A program made the position numbers and the translations under genes. From sequence record DRR723986_1329: 59,197 nt of DNA. One strand, given 5' to 3'. The notes under the pieces are model-generated. The model worked only from the letters and a program-made list of their open reading frames with translations, was not told where the DNA came from and did not search any database. Shown one piece after another: positions 50,968 through 59,197 of the stretch. Position 1 is the stretch's first letter; each line of letters starts with the position of its first letter.

Positions 50968-51816
50968 TCAGCGATTCGCCTTGGCTACACGCTGCAGCGT
51001 TTCGATTGGCAGTACACTATTGAGTGAACCGGTTACGAAACCATTCATATCGAGCGTGACGTAGCGGAAGCCAAGTGTCTTGAGACGCTCTGTAAGCGAT
51101 GCATGATTTTCAATGACGACCGGCATATCGGAGGGATGCACCTCGATCCGCGCAAGTTCGTCTTGGTGCACCCTGACTCGAAACTCGCGCAGCCCCAACT
51201 CTCGAAGCAACACCTCCGATGCTTCCACTCGTTCCAGCCGTTCCTCGGTTACCTCAACGCCGTAGGCTAGCCGCGATGCTAAGCAGGGGCTAGCGGGCTT
51301 GTCAGCGACGGGCAGCTTCCAAAAACTGGCCAACCGTCGAACTTCTGCCTTCCCAATGCGGAGCTCCGCGAGTGGTGATCGCACGCTTGCATTGTCCGCA
51401 GCGATCAAACCAGGGCGGTAGTCGCCCAGGTCATCCTGGTTTGTGCCAGTCACAATCTGAGAATCTGGAAAGTGTCCTGCCAGCGTCTGAAACAGATGAC
51501 TTTTGCAGTGAAAACAACGATTGGAAGCGTTTTCAACGTACTGCGGCTGTGAAAGTTCGTCGGTGTCTAACACGATCAACTCGACGCCCAACTGCCCAGC
51601 GATCTCCGCTGCATCTTCCTGATCGACCTTCGATACGGCCGCGCTTCTTGCAGTGGCAATTGCCACGCTGGCGTTGCTCAACGAAGCGGCCCTGGCCACA
51701 ACAGCGCTGTCGACTCCGCCGCTAAAGGCGACGACATATCGAGTCGAATTCTGGAACCAATCGATCAGGGCCAAAGCTAGAGCTTCCGTGGTTGCTTCGG
51801 CAGAGGGTTGCGTCAT
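50968..51816 (-). CDS. larE: ATP-dependent sulfur transferase LarE family
   Basis: AFSGGVDS PP-loop, RCFHCK, DDLGDYRPG, PASPCLASR. Confidence 0.92.
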   Translation of the reverse strand: MTQPSAEATTEALALALIDWFQNSTRYVVAFSGGVDSAVVARAASLSNASVAIATARSAAVSKVDQEDAAEIAGQLGVELIVLDTDELSQPQYVENASNRCFHCKSHLFQTLAGHFPDSQIVTGTNQDDLGDYRPGLIAADNASVRSPLAELRIGKAEVRRLASFWKLPVADKPASPCLASRLAYGVEVTEERLERVEASEVLLRELGLREFRVRVHQDELARIEVHPSDMPVVIENHASLTERLKTLGFRYVTLDMNGFVTGSLNSVLPIETLQRVAKANR

Positions 51817-53315
51817 TCGCCCGTATCACGCTCTGAATCGAGCGGTTCCATTACCTTCGTATTACGTTCAACTGCGACAACAATCGTACGCTGCCGAGTT
51901 CCATCGCGAGAACAAGCGACTGCGGGCAGAACTTGCCGCTTGTCTGGGAACGGCAAACGCATGACAAATGTCCCGTCTGGTCGAAGTGCAACAGGCTCAC
52001 CGCTGAGCGTCAGATAGGTATCTGGCGTCGTTGAACCGTAGAGCACTAGTTCGATATCCATGTCGAAGTGGAAGTCACCGCGTCGGCGGAAAGGTGCATC
52101 CGCTCCAGTGCCGGCTCCGAGCTTCGTGAGCGCGGGCGCGCCGAGCTCTCGACGTAGCCGCTGCTCGAGCATTTCTTCCATGTCGTTGGTTTCTTGACCT
52201 TTGTCGTACCCTCCGGACAAAGAGAAAATACGTTCGCTGTCTGCTCCGGAGTCAGCCCAGTGCGTATCGACGTCATCGCCACTGCCCGCCTCGGGAGTCG
52301 TGACGATGTTGCTCTCTGCGATAGCATGAAATCGGTCGTTGGCTGTTTTGTATCCAATCAGCACGCGCACGCGTGCCGGCTCGCCGTCCCAGTCGATGTA
52401 CCAGTTGCGGAGGCCACCGTGAATCTCAACGTCGCGTTCCACCGACTCGGCCGTCGAATTTGCTTTGTCGTCCAGGCGCAAAACGCGAAGGACCGGTGTC
52501 GCGCTGTGCCACTGCTCAGCTAGTGCAGCCTTGGCTCGCTCGATCGCACTTCGAGTGATATCCCAAGCCGCCTGAAGCCAATAAGCGTCACGGACGAACA
52601 GAGCAACACGATCCTTCTGAGGCTCTTTTTCCCAGATGGGTTCGCCCGCTCCAGGTGGTTTAACCAGGGTAGGACGAAAAGCGATATCTTTGTTGGCAGC
52701 CTTCTGAAGCTGCAGCTCGCGAATCTTTTTCAGCACCCGAGGACTCGTTGTCGACTTCTTAGCGGGCTTCTTTTCCTTCGCGGCCAGTCGCTTAGGCTTT
52801 GCCGAGACGACTTCCTTTTTACCGCGAGCCTTCTTCTCGGGAGCAGACTGTTTCCCGGTTGGGCCCTTCGAAGTCGATAGCTTGGATGTGTCGGACTTCT
52901 TGGCAGCTTTTGCAGACCGTTTGCTCGGCGTTTCTTTTGCTGCAGTTGCGGTCAACTTAGCAGACGTACCGGCTTTTCTGGTACTGCTTTTCGAGCCGCT
53001 TGCTTTGGCAGTCACGCCAGCAGATCGAGACTTGGCTCCGGCGGATTTAGCGCTCGCTTTCGCGGTCGAAGCCGAAGACTTCGACGCAGCCTTTACTTTG
53101 GTAGAAGGAGCCGCCTTGCCATTCTTCTTCGCAGCAGAACCGGCAGCAGATTTCGCTCGCGGCTTACCTGGTTTGGATTTAGCCCGCTGAGCTTTCGCGA
53201 CGGCTTGGACGAGATCGTCTTTTCGCAATCCCGAGACGCCCTCTAGCCCGAGACGTTTAGCGATGGCGGTAAGATCTGCTTTGGTATGATTTTTTAGTTC
53301 CGCGGTCGAAATCAC
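51813..53315 (-). CDS. DUF4912-domain protein with Rho-N-like N terminus and Lys/Ala/Ser-rich region
   Basis: LKNHTKADLTAIAKRLGLEGVSGLRKDDLV; ~150-aa K/A/S-rich stretch; DRVALFVRDAYWLQAAWDI, NWYI, SNIVTTP. GTG start 53315. Confidence 0.8.
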   Translation of the reverse strand: MISTAELKNHTKADLTAIAKRLGLEGVSGLRKDDLVQAVAKAQRAKSKPGKPRAKSAAGSAAKKNGKAAPSTKVKAASKSSASTAKASAKSAGAKSRSAGVTAKASGSKSSTRKAGTSAKLTATAAKETPSKRSAKAAKKSDTSKLSTSKGPTGKQSAPEKKARGKKEVVSAKPKRLAAKEKKPAKKSTTSPRVLKKIRELQLQKAANKDIAFRPTLVKPPGAGEPIWEKEPQKDRVALFVRDAYWLQAAWDITRSAIERAKAALAEQWHSATPVLRVLRLDDKANSTAESVERDVEIHGGLRNWYIDWDGEPARVRVLIGYKTANDRFHAIAESNIVTTPEAGSGDDVDTHWADSGADSERIFSLSGGYDKGQETNDMEEMLEQRLRRELGAPALTKLGAGTGADAPFRRRGDFHFDMDIELVLYGSTTPDTYLTLSGEPVALRPDGTFVMRLPFPDKRQVLPAVACSRDGTRQRTIVVAVERNTKVMEPLDSERDTGE

Positions 53316-53994
53316 GGCGGTTCTCCAACTTTGCTCGTTTCCTAATCGGGGCATACAGGCCAGCAAGACACCAAAGCATGTCGTGCGAATTGCGAGGTCG
53401 ATGACGGAACCGATACGACGACGAGTTAAAACTCAGGTGTGATTCGTATCTGGATGGTTGCCGCTGAGCCGCAAATTGTTCCTACCGACGACCGTGGGTG
53501 CTGATCGACCGAGACGTGCTCTCCCCGCCCGTAAACAGGCAGCACGGTAGTAGGAACCGCCATTAACATTATGAGCAAATGAGCCGAAAATTACCAGCTT
53601 ATGAGCTTCTGGCGACAATACGACACCTGCGATCAAGTGAAATGAAATGCCACTGAACGCCCAGAGAGCCACCTAAGGTGGATGCGACTGCCGTTAATGC
53701 AATCCGGTCAAAATCACAACATTCTTCACCCGGGCCCCCATAGCCCACCCGAAAGAGCCGCTTTTCAGGGTACTACAACCGCCCGAACTCGAACTCAGCG
53801 TGACGGAACAGGTTCGATGACGGAACCAGAAGTGGAAGTAGGCTGCCCCCTAACGACTACGCTGTGCAGCGTCTACCATGTCCGAGGCGGCGGATTTGGT
53901 TTGGCTGGGCCAAGCGGGATTGCTCCGGCCAACTGCCAAGTCGCCGCGCGTTGCGTCGCTTACCCCCGAAACCCAATCATCGCGGTCTTCTTCA

Positions 53995-54282
53995 ATGCCA
54001 GCAGTCTCTCCAGAAGCGATGCAATGGCTCTCCAGGACAATCGCAATTGTTCTGGTTATGGTCGGACCTGGACTACTCGGCAACTGGCTGGACGACCGCT
54101 GGGGAACGACCTACCTGACGGCAACAGGACTAGTTGTCGGAATGCTCGTTTCGACGACGACATTCGTGATCATGTCAAAGTCAATGATTCCGATTGCTCG
54201 GGGTGAGCCCTTAACGGACGAGGATTTCGAAGCCCCCCCCGAAGACGACGATGAAAACCATCGCGACGAAAAGAATGACTGA
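53995..54282 (+). CDS. AtpZ/AtpI-family small membrane protein
   Basis: MVGPGLLGNWLDDRWGT motif with two TM segments; first gene of the atp operon. ATG 53995 chosen. Confidence 0.85.
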   Translation: MPAVSPEAMQWLSRTIAIVLVMVGPGLLGNWLDDRWGTTYLTATGLVVGMLVSTTTFVIMSKSMIPIARGEPLTDEDFEAPPEDDDENHRDEKND

Positions 54283-54310
54283 GCCCAGCGAGAAGACAGC
54301 AAGCCCCAGA

Positions 54311-54383
54311 CTCGGGAATGCTTCGCTCGGAAATGCTTCGCTCGGAAATGCTTCGCTCGGGAATGCTTCGCTCGGGAATGCTT
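54311..54383. repeat. ~5 x 15-nt tandem repeat CTCGG(G/A)AATGCTTCG
   Basis: Units at 54311, 54326, 54341, 54356 and 54371 (last partial); intergenic within the atp operon. Confidence 0.9.
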
Positions 54384-54407
54384 TCGGAACGGAAGGAGGC
54401 CAATCAC

Positions 54408-54848
54408 ATGAGTGCTGACGATTCGGCCAACAAAGCAGCCCCTGAAGACACGCCGGTGCCTCGGGGCCCCTATCCGATAGCGGCGACAGTGGCCGGCATC
54501 CTCCTTCTGAGCTGCTTGATTGGCACCGGACTGTATGTTGCGACATTTAGCCGCGTCCCGAATGCAACGCCAGTACCATATGCGTTTGGAGTGGCCGCAA
54601 CACTGGTGATTATGTTGCCTCCTCTATGGATCTGCCGCAACAAATTCAATGTTTCTTGGGGTGGCCTGGTGCCAACCCTGCTTAGGTTTGGGGGATTCAT
54701 CCCAGCCCTAGCACTGGTCAAGCTGTTTGAAGGACCGGAAAGAAATTACTACATCCTGACGTTGCTGACCTGTTATTTCGTAAGCTTGCCACTAGAATCA
54801 CGGGCTCTAATTCGAATGGTCAAGGATCAAACCGCCAAACCGAGTTAG
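54408..54848 (+). CDS. Putative ATP synthase accessory membrane protein (AtpI-like, 4 TM)
   Basis: Four hydrophobic segments; AAGGAGG ribosome-binding site before ATG 54408; sits just before atpB. Confidence 0.65.
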   Translation: MSADDSANKAAPEDTPVPRGPYPIAATVAGILLLSCLIGTGLYVATFSRVPNATPVPYAFGVAATLVIMLPPLWICRNKFNVSWGGLVPTLLRFGGFIPALALVKLFEGPERNYYILTLLTCYFVSLPLESRALIRMVKDQTAKPS

Positions 54849-54899
54849 CTACTGCTTGAAATCTTTTCCGACCAGTCCCCTGCATGAGTTGATTGCAGC

Positions 54900-56237
54900 A
54901 TGTCGTCTAATCCAATTCTCCACATCAAGGACAGCTACTACTTCGACGTACCGAAGACGTTTTGGAAACCGTCTTTCGATTCGCCGGTAGCATTCGCTGA
55001 CGAAGTTGGCGAGTGGGTTGTCCGAAATGACTCCGACTATCAAGACTGGGAAGCGGATCAAATTATCGAACGTCTCCGGGACGTTGCCGATAACAAAGCT
55101 CTCGATGGCGCGAAAGCTGCCTGGAAGAAGTGGCAACACGCGGCCCCGCTACACCACGGCCGCCCATTCGACCAATACGTCCAGGATGCAGTAAAAGACC
55201 TGCGTAGCAAGGCTGGCAACTGGGCTGCCGCTCGCGGCGAAGAAACGAAAGATCCAGCCCGGACTTACTTGTCTGAGTACCCCGACGCCCAGCTCGACTG
55301 GATGCTGACGCTTGAGACCGATGACTCCGTCCAAAGCGACTGGAATGAGATCCGCCGTGAGATGGACAGCCGCGAGATTCTCGACGAGTACCTTGCATTG
55401 GACCGAGGAAAGTGGTCGGAAGAAAAGGTCGCTGAGTACAACTCGCACCTGTCAGGGAAAGTCTTCATCCCTCAGCCCTTTGCGACTCTTCGCAATGCCT
55501 ACGAAACACAATCCGGATTCGGCATTAGCCGATACATGATCATTGAAGTCGCCGTTGCTATTATCCTGCTGCTGGTCTTCCGATGGTTGGCTGGAAAAGT
55601 TAAAGACGGCGATGCTCCTCGTGGCAAGGTTTGGAACCTACTGGAAAGTTTCCTGACCTTCCTCAAGACAGACGTGGTCGAACAAGGCATCGAACCAAAG
55701 GATTCCCCGCGGTTCTTACCTCTGTTCTGGACGATCTTCATGTTCATTGTCGGCTGCAACCTCATGGGCATGCTCCCTTGGGTTGGCTCTCCGACCGCAG
55801 CACTCAGCGTCACAGCCGTACTGGCGATCATCGTCTTCGCGGTAGGCACATTTGTCGGGATCAAGAAGTTTGGTGTCGCGGGATACCTTAAGAATCTTTG
55901 CCCAGAACTTGGACTGCCCATCTACTTGGCTGTCATCGTCGTACCGATGGTATGGCTGATTGAGTTTGCGTCACTGTTCATCAAGCACTTCATTTTGGCC
56001 ATTCGATTACTGGCCAATATGGCGGCTGGACACATGGTTCTTCTCGGAATCATGGCCCTCGCTTTCGGTGCTCATGCCTATGCGATGAGCACACCTGCGT
56101 GGGGCGGATTGTCGGTCCTAGTCATTCTTGGCACGACACTATTGAGCTTTATGGAGTTGTTCGTCGCTTTCCTGCAAGCATACGTGTTCACACTGCTTGC
56201 GGCACTATTCGTTGGAGCGGCGACGCACCACCACTAA
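54900..56237 (+). CDS. atpB: ATP synthase Fo subunit a (with large N-terminal insertion)
   Basis: CNLMGMLP, LAIRLLANMAAGH (essential Arg), ELFVAFLQAYVF. Confidence 0.94.
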   Translation: MSSNPILHIKDSYYFDVPKTFWKPSFDSPVAFADEVGEWVVRNDSDYQDWEADQIIERLRDVADNKALDGAKAAWKKWQHAAPLHHGRPFDQYVQDAVKDLRSKAGNWAAARGEETKDPARTYLSEYPDAQLDWMLTLETDDSVQSDWNEIRREMDSREILDEYLALDRGKWSEEKVAEYNSHLSGKVFIPQPFATLRNAYETQSGFGISRYMIIEVAVAIILLLVFRWLAGKVKDGDAPRGKVWNLLESFLTFLKTDVVEQGIEPKDSPRFLPLFWTIFMFIVGCNLMGMLPWVGSPTAALSVTAVLAIIVFAVGTFVGIKKFGVAGYLKNLCPELGLPIYLAVIVVPMVWLIEFASLFIKHFILAIRLLANMAAGHMVLLGIMALAFGAHAYAMSTPAWGGLSVLVILGTTLLSFMELFVAFLQAYVFTLLAALFVGAATHHH

Positions 56238-56282
56238 CCAAAACACTTTGTTTCAACAGTAAACCACTCATTTCGTCTTTAG

Positions 56283-56585
<303 letters not shown>

Positions 56586-56653
56586 GAGAACTCCTTTCGG
56601 AGATTCACTTTACCTAGGAAAACGAAAGCCTTTTGAGCTACGAGAGTTCTGCA

Positions 56654-57454
56654 ATGTTGTTGAAAAATCTTTGCTTTGCACTCTTCGCTTTTGCCGCAGT
56701 AATTGTTCTGCCGCAAGCGGTGTTTGCGCAAGACGAAGCCGCACAGGATTCTGGCGAGTCGGCTGAAGTCGCGTCCGATGATGACGTGAAGCCAGAGTCG
56801 GACGACGAGGACGCCGGTGAGGACCACAGCGACGGCGATCATGCCAGTGAGTCGGAGCATGATGGCGAAGACGCTCATGGCGATGACCATGGTGACTCGC
56901 ACGGAGGTCATGGTTCGCACGACAACGATCCTACGCATGCGAACCTGTCGAATGACGGAACCAACCTGGTTGAATTCCGTGGCGACATGGCCCTATTTAC
57001 TGCCGTCGTCTTCTTGCTGTTGTTGGCTGGGTTGATGGCGTTTGCGTGGAAACCAATCATGGAAGGATTGGAGAAGCGGGAAAGTCGCATCGCGGGCAAC
57101 ATTCAGAAGGCCGAAGCCGACGCTGCCGCGGCAGCATCGAAACTCGCCGAGTATGAACAGAAGCTGGCATCAGCGGCCGACGAAGCCCAGCAAATCGTTG
57201 CTACGGCTCGGAAAGACGCTGAAGCCACGTCGCAAAAGATTGTTGCCGCCGCTCAGGAAGAAGCTGCCAGGCTACAAGAACGAGCGACAGGTGAAATTGA
57301 ATCGGCGAAGAAGGTTGCTCTTGGCGAGCTGGCTTCACAGTCGACCTCAATTGCCATGAGCGTCGCTGGACGGGTTGTTGGACGCGAAGTCAACGCGGAC
57401 GATCACAACAGCTTGATCCAGGAAATGCTCTCCAAGTTGCCAAGCTCCAACTAA
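56654..57454 (+). CDS. atpF: ATP synthase Fo subunit b
   Basis: FTAVVFLLLL...AWKPIMEGLEKRE plus coiled coil; signal-peptide-like start and acidic/His-rich linker. Confidence 0.92.
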   Translation: MLLKNLCFALFAFAAVIVLPQAVFAQDEAAQDSGESAEVASDDDVKPESDDEDAGEDHSDGDHASESEHDGEDAHGDDHGDSHGGHGSHDNDPTHANLSNDGTNLVEFRGDMALFTAVVFLLLLAGLMAFAWKPIMEGLEKRESRIAGNIQKAEADAAAAASKLAEYEQKLASAADEAQQIVATARKDAEATSQKIVAAAQEEAARLQERATGEIESAKKVALGELASQSTSIAMSVAGRVVGREVNADDHNSLIQEMLSKLPSSN

Positions 57455-57478
57455 GCGGCCCCGCCGAGCGAGACAAGC

Positions 57479-58096
57479 ATGTCAGAAGAAGTTCAACATC
57501 ACACGGCACTTGACAGTGACCAACAGCAAGTTGGTGCACTGTATGGTAAAGCACTCCTCGGTGCTGCCGGCAACGACGTCGATCACATCGTCTGGGAACT
57601 TGAGTGTGTCGTTAAGGAATGCCTTGACACGCACCCGGGCCTAGAGGCTGCCTTTGCGTCTCCGCGAATCCCTGCGGAACAAAAGGAATCGATGCTGAAC
57701 AACATCTTTGGTGGACGAATTCACCCGACACTGCACAGCTTCCTGAAAGTTTTGTGTCAACGCGGACGCCTGGGTAGCCTTCGAGCCGTCCAGGTAACGG
57801 CGACAGAACTACGTCAGGATCAAACCGGCAAGCTTCGCGTGATGGTTACATCCGCCAAGCCGCTCGATGACGGTCAACGCCACGAGATCGCCGAACGACT
57901 TCGCCAGACGCAGGGCAAGGAGCCCGTACTGATCGAGACGGTCGACGAGAGCCTAGTCGGTGGAATCGTGATTCGCATCGGCGACCAAGTCCTCGACGGC
58001 AGCGTTCGCGGCAAGTTGGCGGCGATCGGCCAACAAGTAGAGTCACGAGTGCATGACGCTGTTCGCGACAAGTTTGACACACTGACCAGCTCGTAG
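57479..58096 (+). CDS. atpH: ATP synthase F1 subunit delta
   Basis: YGKAL, VTSAKPL, VDESLVGGIVIRIGDQVLDGSV. Confidence 0.94.
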   Translation: MSEEVQHHTALDSDQQQVGALYGKALLGAAGNDVDHIVWELECVVKECLDTHPGLEAAFASPRIPAEQKESMLNNIFGGRIHPTLHSFLKVLCQRGRLGSLRAVQVTATELRQDQTGKLRVMVTSAKPLDDGQRHEIAERLRQTQGKEPVLIETVDESLVGGIVIRIGDQVLDGSVRGKLAAIGQQVESRVHDAVRDKFDTLTSS

Positions 58097-58170
58097 CAAA
58101 CCTGATTGCTTGAGCGGCGACTGATACACTTTTTCAAAATAACGATACAACCACTTGTTTGAGGTAGGCC

Positions 58171-59197
58171 ATGAAGTTCAACTCGGACGAAATCGCCTCG
58201 GTGATTCAGAAAGAAATCGAAACGTTCGAGAACCAGATGGATGTCCGCGAAGTGGGCACCGTTCTGGAAGTCGGTGACGGTATTGCTCGCGTCTACGGGC
58301 TATCCGGTGTGATGGCTGGTGAGATGGTCCAGTTCCCCAGCGGCGTCATCGGACTAGCGTTCAACCTCGAAGAAAACTCCGTCGGTATCATCATTCTCGG
58401 TGACTACCTGTCGATCAACGAGGGTGATGAAGTCAAAGCACTCGGCAAGCTGCTCAGCGTGCCAGTCGGTGACGGTGTCATCGGACGCGTTCTTGATCCA
58501 CTAGGCAACCCGCTGGATGGCCGCGGCCCTGTCGACTCCACTGAGCAACGCCCAGTAGAAGTCATCGCTACCGGTGTAGCGGAAAGGCAGCCCGTTACCG
58601 AGCCACTGCAGACCGGTATCAAGGCGATCGACGCCATGACGCCGATTGGACGTGGTCAGCGGGAATTGATCATCGGTGACCGAAAAACTGGTAAGACGTC
58701 TGTCGCGATTGACACGATCCTGAACCAGAAGGACACCGGCGTTAAGTGTTTCTACGTCGCTGTCGGCCAGAAGGACTCCTCGGTAGCCCTGGTAGTTGAA
58801 ACGCTCCGCAAATACGGCGCGATGGACTACACAACCGTCATCGTCGCTGGTGCCAGTACTCCAGCTCCACTTCAGTACATTGCACCCTACTCGGGTACAG
58901 CAATGGCTGAACACTTCATGTTCAACGGTCAGCACGCATTGGTCGTCTACGATGATTTGAGTAAGCAAGCGACTGCCTACCGAGAATTGTCGCTGCTGAT
59001 GCGTCGTCCTCCAGGGCGTGAAGCTTACCCTGGTGACGTTTTCTACTGCCACAGCCGTCTGCTAGAACGTTCCGCTAAGCTCTCTGATGAACTTGGCGGT
59101 GGTTCGCTGACAAGCCTGCCGATCATCGAAACACTCGAAGGCGAGGTTTCGGCTTACATTCCAACAAACGTGATTTCGATCACCGATGGTCAGATCT
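58171..59197 (+). CDS. atpA: ATP synthase F1 subunit alpha (truncated by window end)
   Basis: Translated by hand from ATG 58171 (GAGG RBS): [12 protein letters not shown]...[12 protein letters not shown]...GDRKTGKT...[13 protein letters not shown]. Not in the ORF track because there is no stop in the window. Confidence 0.96.
   Translation, partial: MKFNSDEIASVIQKEIETFENQMDVREVGTVLEVGDGIARVYGLSGVMAGEMVQFPSGVIGLAFNLEENSVGIIILGDYLSINEGDEVKALGKLLSVPVGDGVIGRVLDPLGNPLDGRGPVDSTEQRPVEVIATGVAERQPVTEPLQTGIKAIDAMTPIGRGQRELIIGDRKTGKTSVAIDTILNQKDTGVKCFYVAVGQKDSSVALVVETLRKYGAMDYTTVIVAGASTPAPLQYIAPYSGTAMAEHFMFNGQHALVVYDDLSKQATAYRELSLLMRRPPGREAYPGDVFYCHSRLLERSAKLSDELGGGSLTSLPIIETLEGEVSAYIPTNVISITDGQI

Noticed and set aside
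53682..54206. 174-aa ORF upstream of the atp operon
   Set aside because: It overlaps the atpZ-like gene in another frame and has no recognisable motifs.
58404..59052. Minus-strand ORFs 58404..58637 and 58501..59052
   Set aside because: Antisense shadows of atpA.

Overview
This window looks like core-genome DNA from a planctomycete (Pirellulales-like), inferred from a PVC-type CxxCH dehydrogenase, three formylglycine sulfatases, an extended L9 and a long Fo a subunit. It holds a translation/replication cluster (tRNA-Leu, rplI-ssb-rpsF-pth-rplY, prs, a GlmU-type nucleotidyltransferase, dnaB), tRNA-Gly-tig-clpP-clpP, queA and a cysteine desulfurase. Further on are a divergent pair of hybrid histidine kinases, iscA-cbiET-PIG-L, RegB/RegA, a TPR plus polysaccharide-export pair, larE and the start of the atp operon (atpA is cut by the window end). 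I see no CRISPR, cas, phage or intact transposase, and no complete new system can be proven from the sequence. The most notable signals are: (1) a 6-copy GTAG-type REP array with ABC-ABC structure on the 5' end of a gene carrying an in-frame TAG; (2) tRNA-Gly enclosed by a leader-trailer stem ending in a U tract; (3) a kinase-less STAND ATPase-GAF-histidine kinase paired with a REC-HK hybrid; (4) a -1 frameshift at G5C2 in the polysaccharide export gene; (5) Fo subunits a, b and c each carrying extra N-terminal parts. Family assignments come from motif recognition by eye, not database searches.
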